The position numbers and the translations under genes were made by a program. 64,000 bases of DNA from a virus (lineage: Duplodnaviria > Caudoviricetes): positions 39,219-103,218 of the IMG/VR virus record IMGVR_UViG_2974602649_000001; one strand, 5' to 3'. Positions 52,820 through 61,742 of the stretch are shown piece after piece (within the stretch, counting starts at the first letter, position 1; each line of letters starts with the position of its first letter). The notes under the pieces were generated by a model, which saw nothing but the letters and a program-made list of their open reading frames with translations, was not told the DNA's origin and did no database searches.

Positions 52820-53101
52820 ATGACTCAACGTAAAGAACCAACCCTGACCAATCTGTTCGGTCTTTTTGGTAGCAGCGAAACCAAAGCCCCACGACTGGAA
52901 ACCACTGGTCTTGTAAATGAAGCAGTACGTGCCTTCACTGAGGCAGAAGAGAACCTGAACAAAGTTGCTGACCAGATCCATGAGCAGATTCAGATTGACC
53001 AGCGTGCAATCGAAGAACTCCAATATGAACAAAGTGTTGCTCGTGATGAGTTGTCCCGTATTGAGCGCATCAAAGAACGTCTGTCTGGTCTGCTGAAGTG
53101 A
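52820..53101 (+). CDS. Coiled-coil hypothetical protein
   Basis: SD AAGGAG. Confidence 0.72.
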   Translation: MTQRKEPTLTNLFGLFGSSETKAPRLETTGLVNEAVRAFTEAEENLNKVADQIHEQIQIDQRAIEELQYEQSVARDELSRIERIKERLSGLLK

Positions 53102-53289
53102 AGCAGGTAGGGACGATCGTTCGACTGAGCGGAGAGGCTAAGCAACGCTTCGAAGATTCGGACTTGCATCCTCACAACGTAGATGGTAAAATCATCCGCT
53201 GTAACTCATGGACTGACCAGTATCTGGTTGAGTGGCCCAGCGAGAAGACTTACCTTTACACGTACGAAGACATTCAGGAGGTGCTCTAA
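53098..53289 (+). CDS. SH3/KOW-like hypothetical protein
   Basis: VGTIVRL...G.I...VEW...Y..EDI. Confidence 0.62.
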   Translation: MKQVGTIVRLSGEAKQRFEDSDLHPHNVDGKIIRCNSWTDQYLVEWPSEKTYLYTYEDIQEVL

Positions 53290-53507
53290 TGAGTTCTATG
53301 AAAATTGGTGATAAGGTTCGTGTTGTAGGTTACTATAGCGTACACCAAGGTGGTATTACTGAGGAGCTTACTCACGAGTGGCTTGGTGAAGAAGGCGTTA
53401 TTACCAAGTTCCGAGACGCTGCTGAAAATAGTTGGTTCGTGGAAGTTGAATTCAAGAATGGTATGATTGCTCCATTCCATGACACTGAACTTGAGGTTGT
53501 TAAATGA
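53289..53507 (+). CDS. SH3/KOW-like hypothetical protein
   Basis: MKIGDKVRV...GVI...VEF...ELEVV. Confidence 0.68.
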   Translation: MSSMKIGDKVRVVGYYSVHQGGITEELTHEWLGEEGVITKFRDAAENSWFVEVEFKNGMIAPFHDTELEVVK

Positions 53508-53701
53508 AAGTTCGCTTTGTAAAATCAGCATGGAATGAGAGTGAGGAATTCCTCAAAGAGTGCGACCTGACGATTGGGTCTGTGTACAAAGTGACGGAGG
53601 AACACAGTGATGGTTCTTTGGAGATCTTTGATGACAAGGAAGAGTTAAACAGTCTGTACAAAGACGAATATGAAATTGTTGAGGAGAACGTAGTTGAGTA
53701 A
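53504..53701 (+). CDS. Hypothetical protein
   Basis: LTIGSVYKV...IFDD. Confidence 0.68.
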   Translation: MKVRFVKSAWNESEEFLKECDLTIGSVYKVTEEHSDGSLEIFDDKEELNSLYKDEYEIVEENVVE

Positions 53702-54002
53702 CAAGGCAAAGAAAGTAGATGCTATGATGTTGGCAGATGGCATCCCGGTACTCGACTTGAAGAAGAAATTCTTCATTCATGAAGTTCCTGAGCATCTGAA
53801 TCTGGAAATGGTTATTCAGTGGAAACAGTTTGGATCTGAGACTGACACTGTAATGAATCTTAAAGCTTTCGCCATTGAAGACAAAAAGCTGAAGGTTGTG
53901 AACCGCGATTGCGATACTATGTTTGTGTATCCTGTCAACAAACTGAAGCGTGTGTTCCTGATGCCAATTGAACGAGAGGAGATGGATGATGCAAAAGCTT
54001 AA
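53694..54002 (+). CDS. Hypothetical protein
   Basis: SD GAGGAG, TTG start. Confidence 0.65.
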   Translation: MSNKAKKVDAMMLADGIPVLDLKKKFFIHEVPEHLNLEMVIQWKQFGSETDTVMNLKAFAIEDKKLKVVNRDCDTMFVYPVNKLKRVFLMPIEREEMDDAKA

Positions 54003-54360
54003 TGAGGATCACGCCAATAAGTTCAAAAAAGGAATCAAGGTAGCTGTTTCCAATCCTGCTGAATCTGCTGCTGTACAGATGTGGATGTTTGAAAAAGGTT
54101 ACCGATGGACGTGGAGCAGCGCTGAAGTAAATCACACAGAACAGCCGTATTTGTATGGGTGTGAGGATGGCACTATTGCATTCAGTGATGATGATAGATC
54201 TTTCTTTGATGCTTCAAGTGAGAAAGAAGTCTTCTTTGACTTCAAGGTTTTTGCAACACTTCAGGAACCAGCACTAACTGTCGAACTGAATGGTGAGACA
54301 ATGCATCCTGATGAAGCTATAGCACTGATTAAGAAACTGAAAGAGGAGAATGAAAAATGA
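53986..54360 (+). CDS. Hypothetical protein (paralogue family B)
   Basis: VQMWMFEKGYRW...YLYGCEDG. Confidence 0.72.
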   Translation: MMQKLNEDHANKFKKGIKVAVSNPAESAAVQMWMFEKGYRWTWSSAEVNHTEQPYLYGCEDGTIAFSDDDRSFFDASSEKEVFFDFKVFATLQEPALTVELNGETMHPDEAIALIKKLKEENEK

Positions 54361-54563
54361 AACAAGTAGGTAAGATTGTTAAGCAATACGACTGGGCTGT
54401 AACTGGTTCGTACCTCCCAGACGAAGTTCCACAATCCACAGTGCCTGTCAAGAATCGTGCTGAAGCTCGTGAACTGCTGGGTGACTTCAAGGAACTGTTC
54501 GGTGATAAGAAAGCTCACATCACCCAACGTATCACCACTCAGATCATGCGTCGTGTTCGCTGA
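54357..54563 (+). CDS. Hypothetical protein
   Basis: NRAEAR...RRVR ending. Confidence 0.7.
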   Translation: MKQVGKIVKQYDWAVTGSYLPDEVPQSTVPVKNRAEARELLGDFKELFGDKKAHITQRITTQIMRRVR

Positions 54564-54793
54564 TGGCTTACGTAGCGATTCACCTGATTACTGAAAGCTG
54601 TGACCACAGTACTCACTTGATGGAATACCTACACATTGACGATGTTGTGGATGATATCAAAGAGATGTTTGGTGGCGAGTTTGCTTATATTCAAGGTATC
54701 CACGTAGCTGCTGAAGTAGCTGGTGACACCACCAAGATTGAGCGAGCGATTCGTGAAGCTGTAGACGAAGCAATGGAGGAATGTTATGAGTGA
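54563..54793 (+). CDS. Acidic hypothetical protein
   Basis: Coupled ORF. Confidence 0.68.
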   Translation: MAYVAIHLITESCDHSTHLMEYLHIDDVVDDIKEMFGGEFAYIQGIHVAAEVAGDTTKIERAIREAVDEAMEECYE

Positions 54794-55118
54794 AGTAGTA
54801 GATCCAAAACAGTTTTTGCTTGACGAATGGAACAAAGGTTCTTGGGATGACTGTCGAATTCGTCGCCAGATTTTCTTCGGTTACTTCCATGAGGACTGGG
54901 AACCTCTTGACAATGACCCTGATTTCTGCCAAGACAGCAAGTACCAACACGCTGAAAACGTACTGGAGCATATCCCAACTGGTCGCACCTTCAAGGTCTA
55001 CGCATCCCGGTCTGGTTCGTATCATACAGACTGGTATTACAGCTTTGACAATGATCCAGTTGAGGTCCAAAAGGTTGTCAAGACTGTGACCGTAGAGTCT
55101 TGGGAAATCGTAAAATAA
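54786..55118 (+). CDS. Hypothetical protein
   Basis: SRSGSYHTDWYY...VEV....V motif. Confidence 0.75.
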   Translation: MSEVVDPKQFLLDEWNKGSWDDCRIRRQIFFGYFHEDWEPLDNDPDFCQDSKYQHAENVLEHIPTGRTFKVYASRSGSYHTDWYYSFDNDPVEVQKVVKTVTVESWEIVK

Positions 55119-55121
55119 GGG

Positions 55122-55151
55122 TTGCAAATATCGTGTCAGCTACGATACAAT
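55122..55151 (+). promoter_or_regulatory. Promoter for the SSB-like gene
   Basis: TTGCAA-N18-TACAAT. Confidence 0.6.
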
Positions 55152-55252
55152 AGATTCTTGACCGACAAGAAAGCTGGTCATTCTGCAAAAGAAAAGCTGA
55201 ATCCGCCGATAAGTAGGCAAATAAAAATTAATCTGCAAGAGGAAAATATCAC

Positions 55253-56308
55253 ATGGCTAAGAAATTCACTTACAAAACCGACCGTCCTGCTCGTGACGAG
55301 AACGCCCCACAGGTTGACTTCGCTGGTCTGACTAAATACGTTGTGGAGACAGTTGGTGCTTCGGAAGCTCCAGAAGGTATGATTGGTATCGTATCTGGTG
55401 TTATCGAACTGGGTAAGCAGAAGCAAGAAGATGCCAAGATGAAGTGGAATGGTACTCCAGAGCAAGAAGCTGCTGAGATTGCCAAGAACCCAAACCAGTA
55501 CTTCCAAGACATTAAGGATGAGAAAACCGGTGCAATGCAACGCTTCAAACGCTGGCCTGTACCAGATGCTGAAGAATGTGCAATCACCATTGACTTCCCG
55601 GGCACTCTGCTGAATCGTGGTCAGTTCTACGGTGACGAGAATGCTGAAGCACTTCCACTGCGTGGTCTGCTGAACAACGAATGGCGTACTGAGATTGATG
55701 GTAAGACCTACAAAACTGTTGGTCGTCCATTTGGCCTGAAGGCAACCAAGGACAAGGACACTGGTAAGTGGTCGATTGCTTCGAACAGTACTCTGTTCAA
55801 ACTGGCTCAAGCCACTGGTCAACTGAAGGATGGTACTTTCCAGAAGGATCAACTGGGTGACCTGATTGGTGAAGCTGTTCTGGTTGAGGTTCATGTCTAC
55901 AGCACTAAGTCTGGTGACAAAGAGTTCCTGAACGAGAAGTTCAAACTGATGGGTGCCGTGCCGAAAATCATGCAAGCTGCTATCCCGGAGCTTGATGAGA
56001 AGTTCATGTATCTGGTAAACTTCAACGGCGAGCAGGATCTGGATGCTGTTAAGAACCTGCGTCAATCGGTGATCAACACCATGCGTATGGCTTCGAACTT
56101 CGAAGGTTCGGCAGTACACAAAGCTCTGATTGAGACTGGTCGTCTGAAAGAAGGTGATGGTGCTTTGGTTCCGCAACACGATGGTAAAGCCCAGCCGCTG
56201 AAAGGTGTAGAGCAAAAGGCAGAACCTAAGTCTGTACCAAAGACAGAAGCTGCTGAGCCACAAGAACCAATGGACTTCGACCAGTTTGACGAAGACATTC
56301 CGTTCTAA
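55253..56308 (+). CDS. Single-stranded DNA-binding/annealing protein (putative)
   Basis: Acidic SSB-type tail DFDQFDEDIPF; strong codon bias; IELGKQ motif; replication module. Confidence 0.72.
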   Translation: MAKKFTYKTDRPARDENAPQVDFAGLTKYVVETVGASEAPEGMIGIVSGVIELGKQKQEDAKMKWNGTPEQEAAEIAKNPNQYFQDIKDEKTGAMQRFKRWPVPDAEECAITIDFPGTLLNRGQFYGDENAEALPLRGLLNNEWRTEIDGKTYKTVGRPFGLKATKDKDTGKWSIASNSTLFKLAQATGQLKDGTFQKDQLGDLIGEAVLVEVHVYSTKSGDKEFLNEKFKLMGAVPKIMQAAIPELDEKFMYLVNFNGEQDLDAVKNLRQSVINTMRMASNFEGSAVHKALIETGRLKEGDGALVPQHDGKAQPLKGVEQKAEPKSVPKTEAAEPQEPMDFDQFDEDIPF

Positions 56309-56353
56309 GTAACACACTGGGGCGAAAGCCCCACACATTTAAGGAGAGATTAA

Positions 56354-56575
56354 ATGAGTTACGCACCGCACGAGCAGCGAGTGATTGATGAACTTAATGA
56401 TTTGTCAACTAAGCTTAGTGCCTTAACATCGTTCATTGACTCTAAGAGCTTTGAAGAAACAGTAACAGATCCATTAGCTCGCTCACTTCTACTCAATCAG
56501 GAGTACATCATGGAGAAGTATGTGAGCGTACTGAAAGAACGAATCAAACAATTTAGCAAAGGAGAAACTAAATGA
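56354..56575 (+). CDS. Helical hairpin protein (crAss001_48-like)
   Basis: PHEQRVIDE..DL..KL..L..FI...Q..IM..Y..VL.ERI. Confidence 0.65.
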   Translation: MSYAPHEQRVIDELNDLSTKLSALTSFIDSKSFEETVTDPLARSLLLNQEYIMEKYVSVLKERIKQFSKGETK

Positions 56576-56907
56576 CTTACGCAACTATCGATACCAACAC
56601 CGGCGAACTGTTCTTGGGTGAGCAACATGAGGAAGTTGGTCCACGCCCAGTACTGTCTGCTGAAGAACTGCTTGAACAACTGACTCGACTCAACCGCGAA
56701 ATCAACACTCGCAAAGAGGACATCAAGCAACTGATCAAAGACACCAAGTTCCATAAGAAACATAATCCCGCTGGCATTCCTGCTGACGAAGTGAAGCAGA
56801 TTAGCAAAACTGCTGTTCGTGTAGCAGCACGAGACTACGAAGAAAAACGAGCAGAAGCTTTGGAGTTCTTTGCTGCCTATGAACGACTGACTGGTTACGA
56901 CGACTGA
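56572..56907 (+). CDS. Putative dsDNA-binding protein (GapR/T4 DsbA-like)
   Basis: RL..EI...KEDIKQL....K...GI....V..I helical pattern. Confidence 0.45.
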   Translation: MTYATIDTNTGELFLGEQHEEVGPRPVLSAEELLEQLTRLNREINTRKEDIKQLIKDTKFHKKHNPAGIPADEVKQISKTAVRVAARDYEEKRAEALEFFAAYERLTGYDD

Positions 56908-56951
56908 TAGGGCATTAGTTGAAGTAACTGCTGTACAATTTGAAATCAAAG

Positions 56952-56980
56952 AAGCCCCGCCAAGTGCGGGGTTTTTTATT
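56952..56980 (+). terminator. Intrinsic terminator
   Basis: AAGCCCCGC-CAAGT-GCGGGGTTT-TTTATT. Confidence 0.9.
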
Positions 56981-56996
56981 GCTTAGGAGAAAGTAT

Positions 56997-57320
56997 ATGG
57001 GTGTTTGTCATAGCGCAATGGCTGTAGCTGGTGTGTATGTCGGTGAGTCGATTGAGGATGTGATGGAGTGGTTTGTAAAAAACACAGACCTGACTATGGA
57101 TGAAGTTGAGCATGGTGACACATCACAGATGGTTTACGATACGTTTGGTAATATCCGAAATCTTGAAGTTCATTGTGAGAACTTGATGACCGGCGAAGGT
57201 CATTACCTTGGGTTTGAATGTTATGACTGGCGTGACTATCATAATCAAATTAATTACTTCAAGTTGCAGACTGGAATAAATGAAGGTGTAGACATTCATG
57301 AATTCGTGAAGGTGCATTAA
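56997..57320 (+). CDS. Hypothetical protein
   Basis: SD AGGAG before MGVCHS. Confidence 0.7.
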   Translation: MGVCHSAMAVAGVYVGESIEDVMEWFVKNTDLTMDEVEHGDTSQMVYDTFGNIRNLEVHCENLMTGEGHYLGFECYDWRDYHNQINYFKLQTGINEGVDIHEFVKVH

Positions 57321-58321
57321 TGACTGAGTTTACACATGCGGTCATTGACCTTGATCCAATCAAATACGCAGTCGCATCTGTTGGTGAAAAGAAGAGCATC
57401 ATCGTAACGAATCGTGCTACACTGGAAAGTCACAAGTTCAAGACCCGTACTGAGTTTTGGGGTCACTGGAAAAAGAAAGCAGGTGGTAAGCTCGCAGAGT
57501 GGAACGCTGAACTGAGCGATGACGCCAAGCTGATGCCAGAAGACTTCGACATCACTGACGTTGTTGAACCGGGACCAATTGAACACGTACTTCACACAGC
57601 CAAGAACTTCACTGACGATATCCTGCGTGAGTCTGGATGTAAGACGTATAGTGCCCTTATTGGTTCTGGTGACTCGTGGCGAGTAGATGCCAGCACCTTG
57701 TTGAAGTACAAGGGTAACCGTGACGAAGTAGTCAAGCCTTACCATTACGATGCGGTAGTTGAGTACTTGACAACTCGTTACAATGCTGAGAAAGTGGTAG
57801 GTCTGGAAGTTGACGACAGACTGGTGATCGACACTTACGGTAAGAAAGGAGCTTTCGCAATTGCTAAAGAGAAAGACATCTACTCTTCAGCAATGTACTT
57901 CTTTGACTACACGAAGCCAGAGAAAGGGATTCAGAACGGTAATGTGTTCGGTGAGCTTTACCTGAATGACAAGAAAGAAGTCAAGGGTATTGGTCGCAAG
58001 CACTTCATGTGGCAGGTATGCAGTCAAGATGACAGCGACAACTACAAAGCCAACTGTTTCTCTGACATTGAGTGGGGTGCAATGAGTGCCTACAAGGCTC
58101 TGGAAGCCGCACAGAACGACAAAGAGTTGTTCACCGCAGCGTATGATGTCTTCAAGCATCTCTACCCTGAGAAGCGAATTGTGACAGGTTGGCGGGGTGA
58201 TGAAATCGAGATTGACGCTCTCTATGTGTTCCAAGAGATGTTCACGATGGCATGGATGTTGCGTCATGAGAACGATAAACCAAACGTGCGTGAAACTCTT
58301 ACTAAGATGGGGATTATCTAA
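57320..58321 (+). CDS. 5'-3' exonuclease (T7 gp6/FEN-like)
   Basis: IDLD, YKGNR...KP, LEVDD, EKD, DDSDNY. Confidence 0.88.
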   Translation: MTEFTHAVIDLDPIKYAVASVGEKKSIIVTNRATLESHKFKTRTEFWGHWKKKAGGKLAEWNAELSDDAKLMPEDFDITDVVEPGPIEHVLHTAKNFTDDILRESGCKTYSALIGSGDSWRVDASTLLKYKGNRDEVVKPYHYDAVVEYLTTRYNAEKVVGLEVDDRLVIDTYGKKGAFAIAKEKDIYSSAMYFFDYTKPEKGIQNGNVFGELYLNDKKEVKGIGRKHFMWQVCSQDDSDNYKANCFSDIEWGAMSAYKALEAAQNDKELFTAAYDVFKHLYPEKRIVTGWRGDEIEIDALYVFQEMFTMAWMLRHENDKPNVRETLTKMGII

Positions 58322-58533
58322 TGGCAATCTATAGTGTTGAGAATAAGGACAAAGGTCGTATTTACCTCAACGGTGAGGAGATTCACTATGTGATTTGGTG
58401 TGACACCGGTTATGGCGGTAAGGTATGTACTGCCGTTTACCCACATCGTCTCAATACTAAGGATGATTTGGACACGGAGATTTGGGAAGGATGTGTTGAA
58501 TTCGTGAGGGAGAAAAGCAGTGAATCTAATTGA
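58321..58533 (+). CDS. Hypothetical protein
   Basis: IYLNGEEI....CDT..G motif. Confidence 0.68.
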   Translation: MAIYSVENKDKGRIYLNGEEIHYVIWCDTGYGGKVCTAVYPHRLNTKDDLDTEIWEGCVEFVREKSSESN

Positions 58534-58780
58534 AATGATTCAAGAGTTCGGTGACCGGGTTGAAGGCCCAGCCGACTACACTGACCGATACTGGCAACGT
58601 TCTAACTGGGGTATTGAATGGACTGAGGAAGGTGATGGTCCTGATGATGAGTTTCAGTATCACAGCGAGGCTCGTAAGAAGTACGAGACAACTAGGTACA
58701 TGATTTGTACTCTGGATGACGGTTGTGGTGAACGTTATCAGGCTGTGTTTGATTTGATTAAGGAGGTTGCTGATGCGTGA
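58520..58780 (+). CDS. Hypothetical protein
   Basis: DDGCG..YQAVFD. Confidence 0.68.
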   Translation: MNLIEMIQEFGDRVEGPADYTDRYWQRSNWGIEWTEEGDGPDDEFQYHSEARKKYETTRYMICTLDDGCGERYQAVFDLIKEVADA

Positions 58781-59201
58781 GTTCAAAGTAGGTACTCGGT
58801 TCAGAGTAATCGGCGGTGCAACAGGTATCTGTGAAGATGAGTCATATGAATTCATCATTGGTGGTTCTGAATACCATCCAGACGTTGATGGTAAAGGTAT
58901 TGGTGATTACCGGTATGTTGAGGCAAATGGTGGTCGTTACAAGATTTGGGGTGAATGGATTGAAAAGGGGTGGTTGGAAATGATCAAAGAGGCTGAAGTG
59001 TTTGGTTATGGTGTTGCTCACAAATTAACTGGTAAGCGTTTGCCGCTAGGTCGGAAGGTCTATGACAGCAAGTCTGCTGCAAGTGGTCAACTTGGTGCTG
59101 CCCGCAAGTGTTGGAATGGGAACATTGAGAATGGTCGTCCTGAATACAATCGTGATATGGACCCTAATGAATGTGAAGTGGTCGCATTGGTGGCAGCATA
59201 A
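58773..59201 (+). CDS. Hypothetical protein
   Basis: SD AAGGAGG. Confidence 0.68.
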   Translation: MREFKVGTRFRVIGGATGICEDESYEFIIGGSEYHPDVDGKGIGDYRYVEANGGRYKIWGEWIEKGWLEMIKEAEVFGYGVAHKLTGKRLPLGRKVYDSKSAASGQLGAARKCWNGNIENGRPEYNRDMDPNECEVVALVAA

Positions 59202-59809
59202 TGGCTGTCCCAACACCAGCGGAGATTGCTAAACGCCAGAAGCAACTGGCTGGATTCAGGAAAAAGATTGGTCCTGACGGAAAACCCTTTGAGAAACATA
59301 CACTTAGTGTGGTAAGATCTGCGATCCGTTCGGCATGGATGAAGAGTGACGTTAAACTGGCATTCCTCTACTCTCGAACGATTCCTGACATGGACCCAAA
59401 TACCCGTACGAAGTGGCTATTCCAGTGTGAAATCTGTGAGAAGCTTTACAAGATGGATGAGGTTGAAGTTGACCACAAGCACGGCAATCACAGTTTCACA
59501 AAGCTGAGTGACTTCGAAGGTTACTTCAACAACATCCTGATGGTTAGTGCTGATGACTTGCAGCTTCTGTGTAAGGATATCCCAAAGAAGAATCACACAG
59601 GTTGTCACAGTATCAAGACACTTGCTGAGGTGCGGGGAATTAGCTTTGATGAAGCAATCTTCGAAAAGAAAGTACTTGCAATCACAAACATGAAAGTGTC
59701 CCAACAAAATGAATGGTTGGCGGAACGAGGTGTTGTTGGTTTGAAGAACCAGACACAGCGAGATGATGCTATTCGCAAGATTATTAAGGAGAGTGAGAAT
59801 GAACAGTGA
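59201..59809 (+). CDS. HNH-family nuclease
   Basis: VRSAIRSAW, CEIC, VEVDH, LQLLC...CHSIKT. Confidence 0.82.
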   Translation: MAVPTPAEIAKRQKQLAGFRKKIGPDGKPFEKHTLSVVRSAIRSAWMKSDVKLAFLYSRTIPDMDPNTRTKWLFQCEICEKLYKMDEVEVDHKHGNHSFTKLSDFEGYFNNILMVSADDLQLLCKDIPKKNHTGCHSIKTLAEVRGISFDEAIFEKKVLAITNMKVSQQNEWLAERGVVGLKNQTQRDDAIRKIIKESENEQ

Positions 59810-60017
59810 GATTCGATTGGTAGAAAAGATCGAAGGTAAGGTACTGCTAGCAGCAGTTGACTTCAGTACTGAGGACGACACTTATGGCAATGTGCTGGAA
59901 GTCACAACTATTGCTGAGTTTGAAGACATGGAGAAAGCACGTATCTTTATCGACAGTGCTTATCGTGCATCGCTGAGTGGTGTTGTATATGAAGTTGAAG
60001 AGGGGGAGTTTGTGTGA
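59799..60017 (+). CDS. Hypothetical protein
   Basis: SD AAGGAG before MNSEIR. Confidence 0.68.
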   Translation: MNSEIRLVEKIEGKVLLAAVDFSTEDDTYGNVLEVTTIAEFEDMEKARIFIDSAYRASLSGVVYEVEEGEFV

Positions 60018-60165
60018 GTGGGTTTATTGTAGCAAGTCCGTCATGGATCACAGTAGAACGCTATAACACTCATGATGAGGCTGTTGCTCGAAAGAATCAA
60101 CTTGAAAAGCTGGGTGGTGCAAAAATGACGGTTTATCAATTGAAAGAAGTAAGAGAGGAGGTTGA

Positions 60166-61188
60166 ATGATCAAACAAAAGAAGTGGCATGCGTCCGCAAT
60201 TGATATGCGTCAAGATGGTTACAGTAGTCGTGAAATTGGTGAGATTCTAGGCAAAGGTAAGACCACCATTAATGACTTCTTCAAGAAGCACGATAGTGGT
60301 CAGACGTTTGAGAGTCTTGAATGGGACAACCAAGTCGCTAGTACTCTTGAGTTGATTGAAAGCACAAAGGATCTTATTGCTTCAAAACTTCAGCTAAACG
60401 GTACGTACGGGGCAACTGCTCAGGGTCCAAAGATCCTGTTCATTGACATTGAGACTTCTCCAATCATTGCTCATGTCTGGCGTTTGTTTGACCAGAATGT
60501 TGGTTTGAACCAGATTGAGACGGACTGGTCTATCCTGAGCTTCTGTGCGAAGTGGAAAGGTGTTGACGAAATCATTTATATGGACACTCGAAACCAAGCG
60601 GACTGTAACGATGATTCTTGTCTTTTGGACGCTCTGTGGAAGCTTTTGAATGAGGCAGACTTTGTTGTCGGTCAGAACTCTAAGCGCTTTGACGTTAAGA
60701 AGATCAATGCTCGGTTCATTCTCAATGGTATGCCTCGTCCAAGTACGTTCAGGCAGATCGATACATTCGAGATTGCAAAGCGTCTGTTTGGATTCACCAG
60801 CAATAAGCTGGAGTACATGACCGACAAGCTATGTGTGAACTACAAGAAAAAGAAACACTCTAAGTTCCCGGGTCATGAGCTTTGGGCACAATGCTTGAAA
60901 GGTAACATGGAAGCTTGGCAAGAGATGCAGGAATACAACGAGTATGACGTACTGTCTCTTGAGGAGCTTTATGACATCTTTAGCTCGTGGGATGACAAGC
61001 TTCCAAACTTCGATACCTATGTTGATGGTATTCTGGACATGACGGTTTGGGAAGAGGATGGTTTCCATTACACCAACTTCGGTAAGTTCCAGCGTTACCG
61101 CAACAAAGAAACTGGGCAACAGCGTCGGTCCCGTACCAACTTGCTGTCTAAAGAAAAACGTCAACAACTTCTGTCTAACATTGTATAA
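60166..61188 (+). CDS. DEDD/RNase H-like 3'-5' exonuclease with N-terminal HTH
   Basis: GYSSREIGEILGKGKTTI; FIDIETSP, QNSKRFD, IDT, YNEYDV. Confidence 0.87.
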   Translation: MIKQKKWHASAIDMRQDGYSSREIGEILGKGKTTINDFFKKHDSGQTFESLEWDNQVASTLELIESTKDLIASKLQLNGTYGATAQGPKILFIDIETSPIIAHVWRLFDQNVGLNQIETDWSILSFCAKWKGVDEIIYMDTRNQADCNDDSCLLDALWKLLNEADFVVGQNSKRFDVKKINARFILNGMPRPSTFRQIDTFEIAKRLFGFTSNKLEYMTDKLCVNYKKKKHSKFPGHELWAQCLKGNMEAWQEMQEYNEYDVLSLEELYDIFSSWDDKLPNFDTYVDGILDMTVWEEDGFHYTNFGKFQRYRNKETGQQRRSRTNLLSKEKRQQLLSNIV

Positions 61189-61200
61189 GGAGAAATAAAC

Positions 61201-61692
61201 ATGGCTACTATTATCGAACAAATGAATATCCAAATTGACGCTACTCAGGCTCAAGCAATGCTTGATGAAATGATTGAGAAGCTTCAGATGAATGAGCAAC
61301 AGATTCTTGAGGCTGGTATTTTCAACGGTCTTGAACTACTGCAAGGAATCATCTACCAAGGTAATGTGAAAGCTGGCTGGTGGACTAACCTACAAACTGG
61401 TGAACTGAAACCAAAGGGTGATGTAACTGAGATTCTGGCAAAGCTTGCTCTGGTTCATTCGGAAGTAAGTGAGGGTCTGGAAGGTGTTCGTAAAGGTCTG
61501 ATGGATGACAAGCTTCCGCACCGACCAATGCTCGAAGTTGAACTGGCAGACGCAGTGATCCGCATCATGGACCTGTGTGGTCATGAGGGTCTGGATCTGG
61601 CGGGTGCTATTCGTGAGAAACTGGCATATAACGCACAACGTGCTGACCATAAGATTGAGAACCGTATGAAAGATGGTGGGAAAAAGGCGTAA
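61201..61692 (+). CDS. MazG-like nucleotide pyrophosphohydrolase
   Basis: LALVHSEVSEGLEG.RK...EVELADAVIRIMDL...K..YN..R. Confidence 0.88.
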   Translation: MATIIEQMNIQIDATQAQAMLDEMIEKLQMNEQQILEAGIFNGLELLQGIIYQGNVKAGWWTNLQTGELKPKGDVTEILAKLALVHSEVSEGLEGVRKGLMDDKLPHRPMLEVELADAVIRIMDLCGHEGLDLAGAIREKLAYNAQRADHKIENRMKDGGKKA

Positions 61693-61742
61693 TGCCTTTC
61701 ACCACTATTGATTTCAATAAGACATGGAGGAGTGATTTAACT

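Noticed and set aside
56354-56575. Anti-CBASS/Thoeris sponge (Acb2/Tad-like)
   Set aside because: Size and helicity fit, but I cannot match the characteristic motifs; left as a helical hairpin protein.
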